A DNA stretch of 64,000 nucleotides, taken from an uncultured Gemmatimonadales bacterium. GTDB lineage: Bacteria; Gemmatimonadota; Gemmatimonadetes; Gemmatimonadales; GWC2-71-9. A program made the translations under genes and the position numbers. The notes under the pieces were generated by a model, which had not been told where the DNA came from, ran no database searches, and worked only from the letters and a program-made list of their open reading frames with translations. Of the stretch, positions 43,989 to 55,918 are shown piece after piece. The stretch is taken from assembly GCA_963817715.1 (NCBI GenBank), contig CAWFPG010000005.1:641187-705186 (forward strand), given 5' to 3'. How positions within the stretch are numbered: the stretch's first letter is position 1; the number at the start of each line of letters is the position of its first letter.

Positions 43989-44567
43989 TCAGAGCCCGTC
44001 GCCGTGGATTTCGCTCTTGAAGAACAGCGGACTCGTCGCGGTGTCCGAGCCGCTGGCGCCGGCAGGGACGACCAGGATCACCGTGACGATCGGGTGACTC
44101 GGTCTGGGTTCGCCGAAGGTGAGCTTTCCCGACTCGATGTCGCGGGAGACCTGCGCCACCGGAACGGCCGACCCCTTGGTGCTCCACTTGCACGGCCAGG
44201 CTGACCAGAGGACACCACTCGGTGGCAGGTACCGTCCCGAGATCGCCGTGCGTCCGGGCGCCGTGACGGTGAAGCTCCGGGACTGCCAGTGGCCGACGAT
44301 CTTGCCGGCCGAGATGCGAAGCACCACGACCACCAGCGACGGGTCGCCGCGCCCGGTCGTGGTCAGCACCAGGCCGTCGTGCCGCAGTTGGTCGGCGGTG
44401 AGCCCCGTGGTGGTGGTCATCGCCTCCGACGAGTTGGCAGTGAGCGCAAGGGCGAAGGTGGTGGTCGCCGACCGGGTCTGTGCCGTGGCGGGCGCGGCGG
44501 CCAGCGCAAGTGCCGTGGCGGTGAGCGTGGCGAGTCGAGCCGAGGCTCGAGAGCGCAACTGATCCAT
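43989..44567 (-). CDS. Hypothetical secreted protein (192 aa)
   Basis: ATG 44567 preceded by GGAGGA. Signal peptide MDQLRSRASARLATLTATALALAAAPATAQ. No family recognised. Confidence 0.55.
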   Translation of the reverse strand: MDQLRSRASARLATLTATALALAAAPATAQTRSATTTFALALTANSSEAMTTTTGLTADQLRHDGLVLTTTGRGDPSLVVVVLRISAGKIVGHWQSRSFTVTAPGRTAISGRYLPPSGVLWSAWPCKWSTKGSAVPVAQVSRDIESGKLTFGEPRPSHPIVTVILVVPAGASGSDTATSPLFFKSEIHGDGL

Positions 44568-44796
44568 GGTGTCCTCCCTCACAGTGGGGTGCGAGCGCGC
44601 CATCGGTGCGGCGGACCGGCTGCAGCGGGCGACTGTCAACCTCAACGACTTGTCACCCGCATGTCCGCCAGTCGGATGTGGCCCGTCGGCCTCGGGCTCC
44701 GGCACTCGCCACCCGAAGACCCGCCGGGGTTGGCGGAGCGGTGGCGAGAAGATCGTTCAGGAGGGCAACGTCACCCTTCAACCGAACGGACACGCC

Positions 44797-46065
44797 ATGC
44801 ATCTCCGCCCGTGCGCCGGCGCACTCGCGTTGCTCTCGTCGCTCTGCGGGGCCAATCTCGCGGGGCAGTCGGGGGGGATCTCCTACACCGTCCAGACCAC
44901 CATCGGCGGTGGCACCGCGGTGATGCAGGTACGCCAGGATTCGATGCTTGGGGTGGCCGGTGGTGAGAGCGAAGCGCTGATCACTGGAGTGGCCGTCGGC
45001 GGTGCCGTGCTGCGGTGGGAGGACGATCTCGGGTTGCTTGTCCCGCTGGTGGACGTTCCCGAGGCTGTCGGCACCGGACTGATGTTCCCTTCGCCCTTCG
45101 GTGGCCTTGGCCGGGTCGACTCGGCGCGGGTGACCGAGTCCCTGAAGCCGGGCGAACGGCAGTTGGCCGGACACCGGGCTGTGCGGACCATGATCCGGGT
45201 CGATCTCTGGTGGCACCACATCGGCGACGATGGCGTCGCCACGCCGGTGCATTCGACCGGTGACGCCGAGTGGTGGTCCGCGCCGGATCTCCCCTATTCG
45301 GCCCTGGCCGTTGCCGGGACCACCTTGGGGCAGATGGCTGCCCTGCCGCTCGCCGGGCAGCACCTCGACCTCGCCCAGGCGCTGTATCATCGAATCGAGC
45401 CAACCCTCCGTGGCCGGGGATTGCTGCTCCGTGCCTCCGTGATCGACTCACTCCAGGTCGATCCCGATGCGCCGCTTGGTGGACTCGATGAAGCGCGCGA
45501 AGTCAGGGTGGATTCGTTGGCCGCGATCCCCGCGTTCGATGCCCGGGTGTGGCTCGACCGCCCGCGAACCACGCGGGCATTCTTCACGGCACTCAGGTAT
45601 GTCCAGCTCATGGCGCTTGAAGAGTGCGCCGAGGCACTTGGCACGGCCGGCGGATCGGCGACGTGGAACGGGTGGGGTGAGACCCCGGTCACCGTCGCAC
45701 ACGCCGTCACGGCCGATGGTGATCGCACGGTGGTCGTCGGCAGCCGCTCGGAGCGGGCACTCCACTGCATCCATCTTGTGGTCCCGGGCGCGGCACTTTC
45801 GGTGGGTCCCCATCCAGTCGAGTCGCTCGGGAGCGAGACCGGACCCAACGGACTGGCAATCGATGCCGATGCGGACGGGGTTCGCGTGCTCGTCCTCGGA
45901 CGTGGAACGCTGCACATCGGCGCACTCGACCGCGACGGCATGGCGGGAAGTCTCGACGGCGCCGGGTCGGTCGCGGTGCTGCGACGGCAGGGCCCGACCA
46001 GCCTGATGGCCACCGATTCGGTGCGACTGCAGTTCACCGCGGTGCCGTTGCCTGACGAGCCGTGA
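44797..46065 (+). CDS. Hypothetical secreted protein (422 aa)
   Basis: ATG 44797 with signal peptide MHLRPCAGALALLSSLCGANLAGQ. High GC3 throughout. No family recognised. Confidence 0.55.
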   Translation: MHLRPCAGALALLSSLCGANLAGQSGGISYTVQTTIGGGTAVMQVRQDSMLGVAGGESEALITGVAVGGAVLRWEDDLGLLVPLVDVPEAVGTGLMFPSPFGGLGRVDSARVTESLKPGERQLAGHRAVRTMIRVDLWWHHIGDDGVATPVHSTGDAEWWSAPDLPYSALAVAGTTLGQMAALPLAGQHLDLAQALYHRIEPTLRGRGLLLRASVIDSLQVDPDAPLGGLDEAREVRVDSLAAIPAFDARVWLDRPRTTRAFFTALRYVQLMALEECAEALGTAGGSATWNGWGETPVTVAHAVTADGDRTVVVGSRSERALHCIHLVVPGAALSVGPHPVESLGSETGPNGLAIDADADGVRVLVLGRGTLHIGALDRDGMAGSLDGAGSVAVLRRQGPTSLMATDSVRLQFTAVPLPDEP

Positions 46066-46195
46066 GTCAGCCGGTGCAGGTGATGGTACCGTCACGGCAC
46101 CGGTGGAGGATGGCGGCCCGATGGCGGAATGTCCGCGCAGCGGGTAGAATGGCCGGAGCAGGTCGCTTGCGACTGTTCCCGCCACCGGTCCGGCC

Positions 46196-46748
46196 ATGTC
46201 CACCGATCCAGAGACAATCACGGCACTGCTTGCCCAATGGAGCGACGGTGACGATGAGGCGTTCCCGCGGCTCGTGGCGCTCGCCTACGACGATCTCCGT
46301 GCCATCGCCCACCGGCGATTGCTCGCGGCGTCGGTGGATGGGCTCGCCACCACCGCCCTGGTGCATGAGGCCTATCTCAAGCTGGTCGGGCACGCCGGGG
46401 GCGAATGGCAGAGTCGTGCCCATTTCTATGCGTTCGCGTCGCGGGCCATGCGCCACATCCTGGTGGACCAGGCCCGGCGCAGCAATCGGCTGCGACACGG
46501 TGGTGGCGCGGTTCGGGTCTCCTTGCATGACGGGGCGGTCGCCGTCCCCGAGGCCCCCGATGACGTGCTCGGCATCGATGAGGCGGTGACCCGATTGGCC
46601 GAGCACCATCCGCGGATGGCCCAGATCGTGGAACTCCGGTTCTTCGGTGGGCTCGCCGTGCCTGAAGTGGCCGAGACGCTGCAGACGTCGGTGCGCACGG
46701 TCGAGCGCGAGTGGACTCGTGCCAAGGCGTATCTGCTGGAGGATCTGC

Positions 46749-46768
<20 letters not shown>
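46196..46768 (+). CDS. ECF-type sigma-70 factor (kinase-associated ECF class)
   Basis: LLAQWSDGDDEAFPRLVALAYDDLRAIAHRRL, TALVHEAYLKL (region 2), VELRFFGGLAVPEVAETLQTSVRTVEREW (region 4). Confidence 0.88.
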
Positions 46769-49388
<2,620 letters not shown>

Positions 49389-49508
49389 TCCGTGGTCAGG
49401 CGATGTCGTGCCGACGGATCAGGTCGGACCATGGCGGATGCCGGCCTTGGACGACGTTGAGTCAGGGAGCCCAGCTTCCTGATGGTCATGTCAGCCAAGG
49501 AGTCCACG

Positions 49509-50825
49509 ATGTTCCTCACCAGGCGCTCACCACTGGCCCTCGGGGGCACCCTGCTGCTCCTCGCCGCCATCGGGATGCCCGGTCGAGCGGAAGGCCAGAT
49601 CCTCAAGAAGCTCAAGAAGGCGGCCAAGAACGCCGCCGAGTCCGAAATGGTGAACCAGGTCGATCGATTGGTCCGGGACAAGGTCCGCTGCGTCTTCGAT
49701 GATCTCGAGTGCATCAAGAACGCCGAGGCCTCGGGGAAGGGTGCGGTGCTCACCGACGACACCGGCGACCTGTTGCTCGACGGTGAGGGGCAGCCGGTTT
49801 CCGATCCGGCTCAGGGGGCCGAACTGGCCGCCAGGGAGCAGCGCACCGTGCGTCCCGGCGAGGGCGCCTGGGCCAATTACGATTTCCAGCCGGGCGATTC
49901 CGTGCTGGTGTTCGACGACTTCACGCGGGACAGCGTGGGCGACTTTCCGCGCCGGTTCGAGTTGGTCGAGGGCAACTTCGAGGTCGTCGACTGGAACGGC
50001 GCGCGGTATCTCCGGGCGACCTCGTATGGCGTGGTGGCCATTCCCCTGCCCACGACACTACCCGATCGATTCACGCTCGAGTTCACCACGAGCATCCAGC
50101 ACGGCAATGGCTTCGTCCGGGTCACCACGGGTCGGGCCTACTGGGGGCCGGCCCGCACCTATCATGGCACGGCGATTTCCGTCGGGCGAGGCCGGGCGGG
50201 TTTCCTCCCCGTGGCGAGCACCGGTCCGCAGGTGCTCACCAAGTTCGCCGCCGATCTGGTGACCGAGGCATTGGCACCGATCCGTGTGATGGCCGATGGT
50301 GACCACATGAAGATGTATCTCGGCGAGCAGCGGGTGGGGAACGCACCGAACACCATCTTTCCCCGTAGCGACACGCTGTTCATTGCCGTGGGCACGGCCA
50401 ATGAGCAGTCGCCGATCCTCATCGGGCCAATTCGGGTCGCCGCCGGCGGGCGCGACCTGTACGATCGCCTGGCACAGGATGGCCGTGCCGCGACCCAGGG
50501 GATCCTCTTCGCGACGAACAGCGCACGGATCCGCCCCGAATCGACGCCGACCCTGGCGGAGATCGCCACGATGCTGCGCAAGCACCCCCAGCTCCGGCTC
50601 TCGATCGAGGGGCACACTGATAGCCAGGGCACCGCCGACTTCAATCAGGGACTCTCGGAACGGCGTGCCGCGGCGGTGGTCGAGTACCTCACCGAGCAGA
50701 TGGGGATCGAGCCTGCCCGGCTCGAATCGGCCGGCTTCGGCGAGTCGCGGCCGACCGCACCCAACGACACGCCGGAAGGAATGCAGCAGAACCGGCGGGT
50801 GGAACTGGTGCGACTCGACAGCTGA
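49509..50825 (+). CDS. Secreted protein with jelly-roll/LamG-like middle domain and OmpA_C peptidoglycan-binding domain
   Basis: ATG 49509 after AAGGAG, with a signal peptide. C-terminus ILFATNSARIRPES..EGHTDSQGTADFNQGLSERRAAAV..NRRVELV. Confidence 0.8.
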   Translation: MFLTRRSPLALGGTLLLLAAIGMPGRAEGQILKKLKKAAKNAAESEMVNQVDRLVRDKVRCVFDDLECIKNAEASGKGAVLTDDTGDLLLDGEGQPVSDPAQGAELAAREQRTVRPGEGAWANYDFQPGDSVLVFDDFTRDSVGDFPRRFELVEGNFEVVDWNGARYLRATSYGVVAIPLPTTLPDRFTLEFTTSIQHGNGFVRVTTGRAYWGPARTYHGTAISVGRGRAGFLPVASTGPQVLTKFAADLVTEALAPIRVMADGDHMKMYLGEQRVGNAPNTIFPRSDTLFIAVGTANEQSPILIGPIRVAAGGRDLYDRLAQDGRAATQGILFATNSARIRPESTPTLAEIATMLRKHPQLRLSIEGHTDSQGTADFNQGLSERRAAAVVEYLTEQMGIEPARLESAGFGESRPTAPNDTPEGMQQNRRVELVRLDS

Positions 50826-50846
50826 GGCGCAGCCTGGCAGGGAAAC

Positions 50847-50874
50847 GTGCCCGGAGCCGTTCGGCTTCGGGCAC
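50847..50874. terminator. Hairpin GTGCCCGGAGCC-GTTC-GGCTTCGGGCAC between convergent genes
   Basis: 12-nt arms with one G/A mismatch and a 4-nt loop, located between stops 50825 and 50900. Confidence 0.55.
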
Positions 50875-50899
50875 CTCTCCTGTCAAACCGGACTGGGGG

Positions 50900-51854
50900 T
50901 CAGAAGTGCTTGAAGATCGACAGCCGCAGCGCGGCGCTCTGGTCGCTGGTGGTGAGCGGCACCGCCACCCCGATGCCCACCAGCAGGTGGTCGCCGCCCA
51001 ACGGGGCGAACTTGATCCCTGCCGCCGCCGAGGTGGCGTTGCTGCCGGCCTCGGGCCCACTCAGGCCGGCGCTGCCGTTGAGCTCCAGCAGGCCCTGCAC
51101 CCGCGGCGACACGTGGTAGAGCGCCGAGAAGTCGTAGCCGAAGTCGGTGCCGACCTCCTCACCCGCGCGCTGCTTGGTGGGGATCCCGAACCGTCCCCAT
51201 GATACCAGCTCGAGCCGACCGACCATGACGCCGATGTTGAGGAACGGCTCGAGATCCCAGATGTGATCCGACCCGGTGCCGGCCGTCGCGTTGCCGGTCG
51301 GGAAGCCGACCGAGAGGCCGTAGCCCAGCAGCACGCCGCGCTCCTCGAAGGCGTAGTTGGCGAACTTGAGCGTCGCCTCGAAGTTGCCCAGTCCCGAGGT
51401 GGAGGAACCGCCGTCGGGGTTGAGGAAGCCGTAGGGCAGGCCGACCTCGAGACTGAAGGCCCGGGTGAAGGCGTACTCGCCCTCGAGGCCGATCTCCGAT
51501 TCCTTCCCGTCGCTGGCCCAGCTGTGGTCGGCGTCGATGCGGACCTTGGTGTCCGGCGACACCGACTCAGTGAAGATCGGATGGGAGAAGTGCAGCCCCT
51601 CCCCATGCCGACGCATCATGCTGGTCGCCGAGGGAGCATCGAGGCTGAAGGCGGCGACAGGCCGTCGGGCAGTCTCTGCTGCCGAGGTTGCCGCAGTCGA
51701 TGGTCCATCGGTTGAACGGGTGATCCCCGACCACGGCGAGGCGATGGGGGCGAGGTCGGCTGTCGTCTGCGCCGTGCCGCTCCGCGGCAGGATGGCGAGG
51801 GCGACAATGAGAGCACCCGAGGCGCACAGCCCCGGTGGTGGTCCGGTGTGGCAT
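50900..51854 (-). pseudogene. Outer-membrane beta-barrel (MetA/phenol-degradation-type transporter family-like) with a 1-nt frameshift in its signal-peptide region
   Basis: Barrel body is ORF 50900..51619, ending ..LRLSIFKHF. In-frame upstream is GLCASGALIVALAILPRSGTAQ without any ATG/GTG/TTG. ATG 51854, with GGAGGA 6 nt upstream, gives MPHRTTTG in the adjacent frame. Deleting one C of CCCC (51830-51833) fuses them into a canonical signal peptide. Confidence 0.7.
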
Positions 51855-51935
51855 GGATGATCCTCCAGCAGTCAGGGGCAACGAGCCGGGGCCCGCTGCC
51901 GATGGTTGGTGCACGGTAGTGTCCTGCGGATCGTG

Positions 51936-52295
51936 TCAGGCGATCGCAGGAGGTGCGCGCACCGGCGGGAGGGTGGTGGGTACGAGGAGGGTCGGGGCCC
52001 GGCGGGCCACGCGCAGGTTGGGCACCCGTTGCGCGGGTGCCTCCAGCGCACGGACGATCGCCACGAGGTCCGGCATGCGGACGAAATCGGCGCGGCAGGG
52101 GCAGGTGCAGGCGCAGCAGGGGTGTCCCGGCATGCGGGACGACGAGTGGTCGCTCGGGGCGTGGGTGCTGTGGTCCGCTGCGGCCATCCCGTCCGGCATC
52201 TGCCGGGCGCATGGCGTGCTCGCCATGGCAGCCTGGCCGGCCAACAGGGCCAGGATGGCAACGAGGTGCGCGATGGGATGGCGCCGAGCGAGCAT
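51936..52295 (-). CDS. Secreted His/Met/Cys-rich protein (putative metal-binding)
   Basis: Signal peptide MLARRHPIAHLVAILALLAGQAAMA, then MPDGMAAADHSTHAPSDHSSSRMPGHPCCACTCPC. GC3 is high in this frame only. Confidence 0.55.
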   Translation of the reverse strand: MLARRHPIAHLVAILALLAGQAAMASTPCARQMPDGMAAADHSTHAPSDHSSSRMPGHPCCACTCPCRADFVRMPDLVAIVRALEAPAQRVPNLRVARRAPTLLVPTTLPPVRAPPAIA

Positions 52296-52416
52296 CGGAT
52301 CCGCGGAAACGGGGAGTGAATCGCTCGGATTCTAACACGGTGCCCGGGGCACACGAAACGGTCCCCCTGCCGTCATGACGACAGGGGCGAATCCGACTCG
52401 TGACGCTCGCGAGGCG

Positions 52417-52686
52417 TTACGGGTGCGGCAGGTCCGGCGCCGCCGTGGCGCTGTCGCCGCCGAGCGGGCACTCCACGCAGGTGCGCACCTCGGGATGACC
52501 ACAGACAGGGCAGACGTAGAGGTCTGCCACCACCAGGGCCGCCTCGCGCAGCCGTTCGGCCAGCTGCTCGGCGCGGCGCCGCGTGAGCGTCAGCGGGGCG
52601 CAGGCATCAGCGATCTCGGACAGCGTGGTGCGGACGCGGTTGACGCGCCATTCGCGATAGGTGCCAGGTCCGACCATTGTGGTCAT
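52417..52686 (-). CDS. Small zinc-ribbon protein (89 aa)
   Basis: ATG 52686 after GGGAGG. CPVCGHPEVRTCVECP (CxxC-x8-CxxC). High GC3. Confidence 0.5.
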   Translation of the reverse strand: MTTMVGPGTYREWRVNRVRTTLSEIADACAPLTLTRRRAEQLAERLREAALVVADLYVCPVCGHPEVRTCVECPLGGDSATAAPDLPHP

Positions 52687-52885
52687 GTCACCTCCCGATT
52701 GTGGTGGTCCTGACTCCTTGATACTCGGGGTCTCACCGCGTGAGCGCAAGGGAGGGAAACGGGAGCATGTCGGTCGGAAACCCGCATGGCACAAGGGTTT
52801 CAAGGGGACCGGGGTGTTCGGGATTCAGCGCCATCCGGGTCGGGTCCTCCGGTGCGTCCAGGGTCGTCCTGTCCGTCGTCGGCGG

Positions 52886-55765
52886 CTATCTCCGCAACTC
52901 CTCGAGGGCGACCGTCGTGAACGGATTGCGTCCGGCGCGGAGCTCCTCCACCCACCGGCGCTGCTTCACGGTAGCCGCTTCGCCGAGACCGACGATGGCT
53001 GGATCGTTGAGGTACGCCTCGTAGTCGGTGGCGGCGCCAGCCAGGTCGCCGGTGAGCGCGCGGGCGAGGCCGCGCGAGTCGTGGAACCTGGCGACATCCT
53101 CGGGAGCGCCGTTCGCCACGGCACGATTGCACGCCGGCATCGCCCGCTCGGCGAAGCCGTTGAGCGCCCCCTGCCAGCAGAGCGCGTTCCAGCGGCGCGC
53201 ATCGCCCGGTTCCTGCAGGGCGCCCACCAGGGTCGCCTCGGCGAGCTTGCTGAAGCGTGCCCCAAGCACCGTGTCGCCGCTGGCCCCGGCCTCGCGCGCC
53301 CAGAAGCCGAGTCGCGAGATTCTGTCGACCACGTCGGGCGACAGGGCGATCTCGCGCGCCACGTAGCGGGCCATTGTCGTCGGCCGATCCTCCATCAGGG
53401 TGAGGCGCGCGAGCGCCGAATACCCCTCGCGCAGGTCGAGCGCGTCCGCGCCCAGTCGGCGCTGCAATGAATCCTCCACTGCTGATGGGGTGGTCGCAGT
53501 GGCCTCCAGCAGCATCGCGAGCACCATCAGCGCCTCGAAGCGCTGCCCATGTGCCCGGGGCCCGATCCGGGAATCGCGCATTGCCGCCAGCGCGATCGGG
53601 ACCGCCGTGTCCAGCGTCGCCCGGGTCCGGTCCCACTGCTTGGCGAGCCCCTCGACGTGGCCCCTCGCGACCCGATAACCGTTGGCCTGCGTCGGGTCGT
53701 CCGGGAAGATGGCGTCGAAGCGATCCACGAGCTGGCCCCAGGTGGCAATGGCCTTCTCGTGCTCGCCGGCGTCCTGATAGGCCATGGCGAGGTTCCACAT
53801 GCCCTGCTCGTAGGTCGGTGCCGTGGAGGAATCCCGACCCTCCCCCAGGTGCGCGAGCAGCGTTTCGTAGATCGCCACCGCGCGCTTGGCCTGTCCGGCC
53901 GCGGAGTAGGACAGCGCGAGATTGTTCGCCAGGGCATCCTTCACCGTCGGTGTCCAGAATGGGCTCGCGACCACCGTGTCCGCCAGCAGGGATTCGAGCG
54001 TGGCGATCGCCTCGTCGTGACGGGCGGCGTTGATCAGCAGGCGACTCCTCAGGTCCCGGAGGCTCAGGACATACTGGTTGCCGGGGGCCACCTGTCGGGT
54101 CAGGGCATTTCTGGCGGAGTCGAGTTGGGCGAGGGCGCTGTCGGTCGCGCCACTCGCCTGCCGGGCCCACGCCACGCCGGAGAGGGCATTGAGCCATGCC
54201 ATGGTGTCGCTGGCGAAGTTCGCCTCCCTGATCCGGAGGGCTCGCTCCCTGAGCGTCCGGACCTCCGTGCCCGCGCTCCGGTAGCCACCGAGGGCATTGC
54301 GCGAGATCGCGTCTGCCAACCGGGCGAGGTAACCGGCGAGCGTGGGATCGTCGGGGTTGAGGACACTGTCGGCCAGCGCGACCGCCCGTCGATCCAGTCG
54401 CTCCGTGGCATCGAAGAACCCGAGGCCCCCGTAGGCGTCGCCGAGGGTCGCCAGCACGCGGGCCTTGACCACCGGCTGCCCGTCGAGTTGCTGCTCCACC
54501 TGGGTGACGCCACGGTCGAGCAGGTCGCGGGCGGTGAGGTTGCCGCCCGACTGGAGTGTCGGCTCGGCCGAGTGGAAGAGGTCGACGAGGAAGTCGGAGA
54601 CCGCCGTCGAGGTGCGGGCCTCGCGTTCGGCGCTCGCGAGGGCCGTCGTGGCGCGACGTTCCGCCCGGTTGGCGCGCACGAGGCCGATCGCGGTGGTGAT
54701 GCTCCCGCCGACCAGTGCCAGGAGCGCCAGCACCGCGGCCACCACGGATCCGCGGTTGCGTCGTACGAACCGCTCGAACTTGTAGCGGGCGCTGGGCGGA
54801 CGGGCCGCGACCGGCTCATGGCGCAGGTGGCGCTGGAGGTCCTCGCCGAACGCCAGGGCCGTCGCGTAGCGACGCTCGCGTTCCGGTGCGAGGGCTCGCA
54901 TCGCGACCCAGTCGAGGTCGCCCGCAAGTTCGCGCCGAAGCTGGCCGAGATTGGTGCGGCGGCGCGTGGCGACCTCGACGGCGGCCCCGGCAAGGGTGTC
55001 GAGTCGCGCGCTCGGTGTCGGTGGATTGGTCTCCCGCATCACCAGCCGGGCAATGAACGGCAGGAAGCCGAGTTCCTGCGGATCGAGCGGCAGGCGGCCG
55101 ACCAGCAATTCGTAGAGGATCACGCCCAGGGCATAGACATCGGCCCGGGTGTCGATGTCCACCCCATCGCTGTCGGCCTGCTCCGGGGCCATGTAGGCGG
55201 GCGTGCCGATGATCTGGCCGTGCTGGGTGAGCAGCGACTGCTCGCCGAGTCGCAGGTCGATCGCCTTGGCGATGCCGAAGTCGATCACCTTCGGTCGCGG
55301 GGCCCCGGCCTGTTCGGTCACGAGGATGTTGGTCGGCTTGAGGTCGCGATGGATCACGCCCTTCTGGTGGGCGTGCTGGATCGCATCGCAGACCTCGATG
55401 AACAAGCGCAGGCGATCGGCAGTCGACACCTGGTGGGTGTCGCAGTACTCGGTGATCGGGAGGCCCTCGATGTACTCCATCACGAAGTACGGGGACCCGT
55501 CGCTGGCGGTGCCGGCGTCGTAGACCTTCGCGATGGCGGGGTGCTCCATCACCGCCAGGGCCTGGCGCTCGGCGGCGAACCGTTGTGCGATCTCGCCCGA
55601 CGCGTCCCCGGCGTCACGAATCAGCTTGAGCGCCACCCGGCGGCGCACCGGTTCGGACTGCTCGGCGGCGTACACCACCCCCATCCCGCCCTCGCCGAGC
55701 ACGGCGGTGATGCGATAGGGGCCGATCATCGCCGGCGCGGCCTCATGGGGCGGTTGGGTAGGCAT
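52886..55765 (-). CDS. Ser/Thr protein kinase with TM segment and long TPR region
   Basis: From ATG 55765: GEGGMGVVYAA, VALKLI, HRDLKPTNILV, DFGIAKAI, MAPEQ, then TPR-like repeats to the C-terminus. Confidence 0.9.
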   Translation of the reverse strand: MPTQPPHEAAPAMIGPYRITAVLGEGGMGVVYAAEQSEPVRRRVALKLIRDAGDASGEIAQRFAAERQALAVMEHPAIAKVYDAGTASDGSPYFVMEYIEGLPITEYCDTHQVSTADRLRLFIEVCDAIQHAHQKGVIHRDLKPTNILVTEQAGAPRPKVIDFGIAKAIDLRLGEQSLLTQHGQIIGTPAYMAPEQADSDGVDIDTRADVYALGVILYELLVGRLPLDPQELGFLPFIARLVMRETNPPTPSARLDTLAGAAVEVATRRRTNLGQLRRELAGDLDWVAMRALAPERERRYATALAFGEDLQRHLRHEPVAARPPSARYKFERFVRRNRGSVVAAVLALLALVGGSITTAIGLVRANRAERRATTALASAEREARTSTAVSDFLVDLFHSAEPTLQSGGNLTARDLLDRGVTQVEQQLDGQPVVKARVLATLGDAYGGLGFFDATERLDRRAVALADSVLNPDDPTLAGYLARLADAISRNALGGYRSAGTEVRTLRERALRIREANFASDTMAWLNALSGVAWARQASGATDSALAQLDSARNALTRQVAPGNQYVLSLRDLRSRLLINAARHDEAIATLESLLADTVVASPFWTPTVKDALANNLALSYSAAGQAKRAVAIYETLLAHLGEGRDSSTAPTYEQGMWNLAMAYQDAGEHEKAIATWGQLVDRFDAIFPDDPTQANGYRVARGHVEGLAKQWDRTRATLDTAVPIALAAMRDSRIGPRAHGQRFEALMVLAMLLEATATTPSAVEDSLQRRLGADALDLREGYSALARLTLMEDRPTTMARYVAREIALSPDVVDRISRLGFWAREAGASGDTVLGARFSKLAEATLVGALQEPGDARRWNALCWQGALNGFAERAMPACNRAVANGAPEDVARFHDSRGLARALTGDLAGAATDYEAYLNDPAIVGLGEAATVKQRRWVEELRAGRNPFTTVALEELRR

Positions 55766-55918
55766 GCGGGTTCCTCGATTGGAGGGCTTAGTATCCCGCC
55801 CGTAGAGGATCACGGCAAGTCGAGTCTGGCGTGATCCCGCCGATCCTGGGTGGTTCTTCCGGTCGCGAGTCAGGGAGAGTCACCATCACACCATCAGAGC
55901 CCGGCTGCAGGTGTGGCG

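Noticed and set aside
46121-46149. TAGAAT (46144-46149) with upstream GGAATG as a promoter for the ECF sigma gene
   Set aside because: It is plausible, but the -35 match is weak and ECF promoters have different consensus elements. It was not reported as a feature without transcription start site data.
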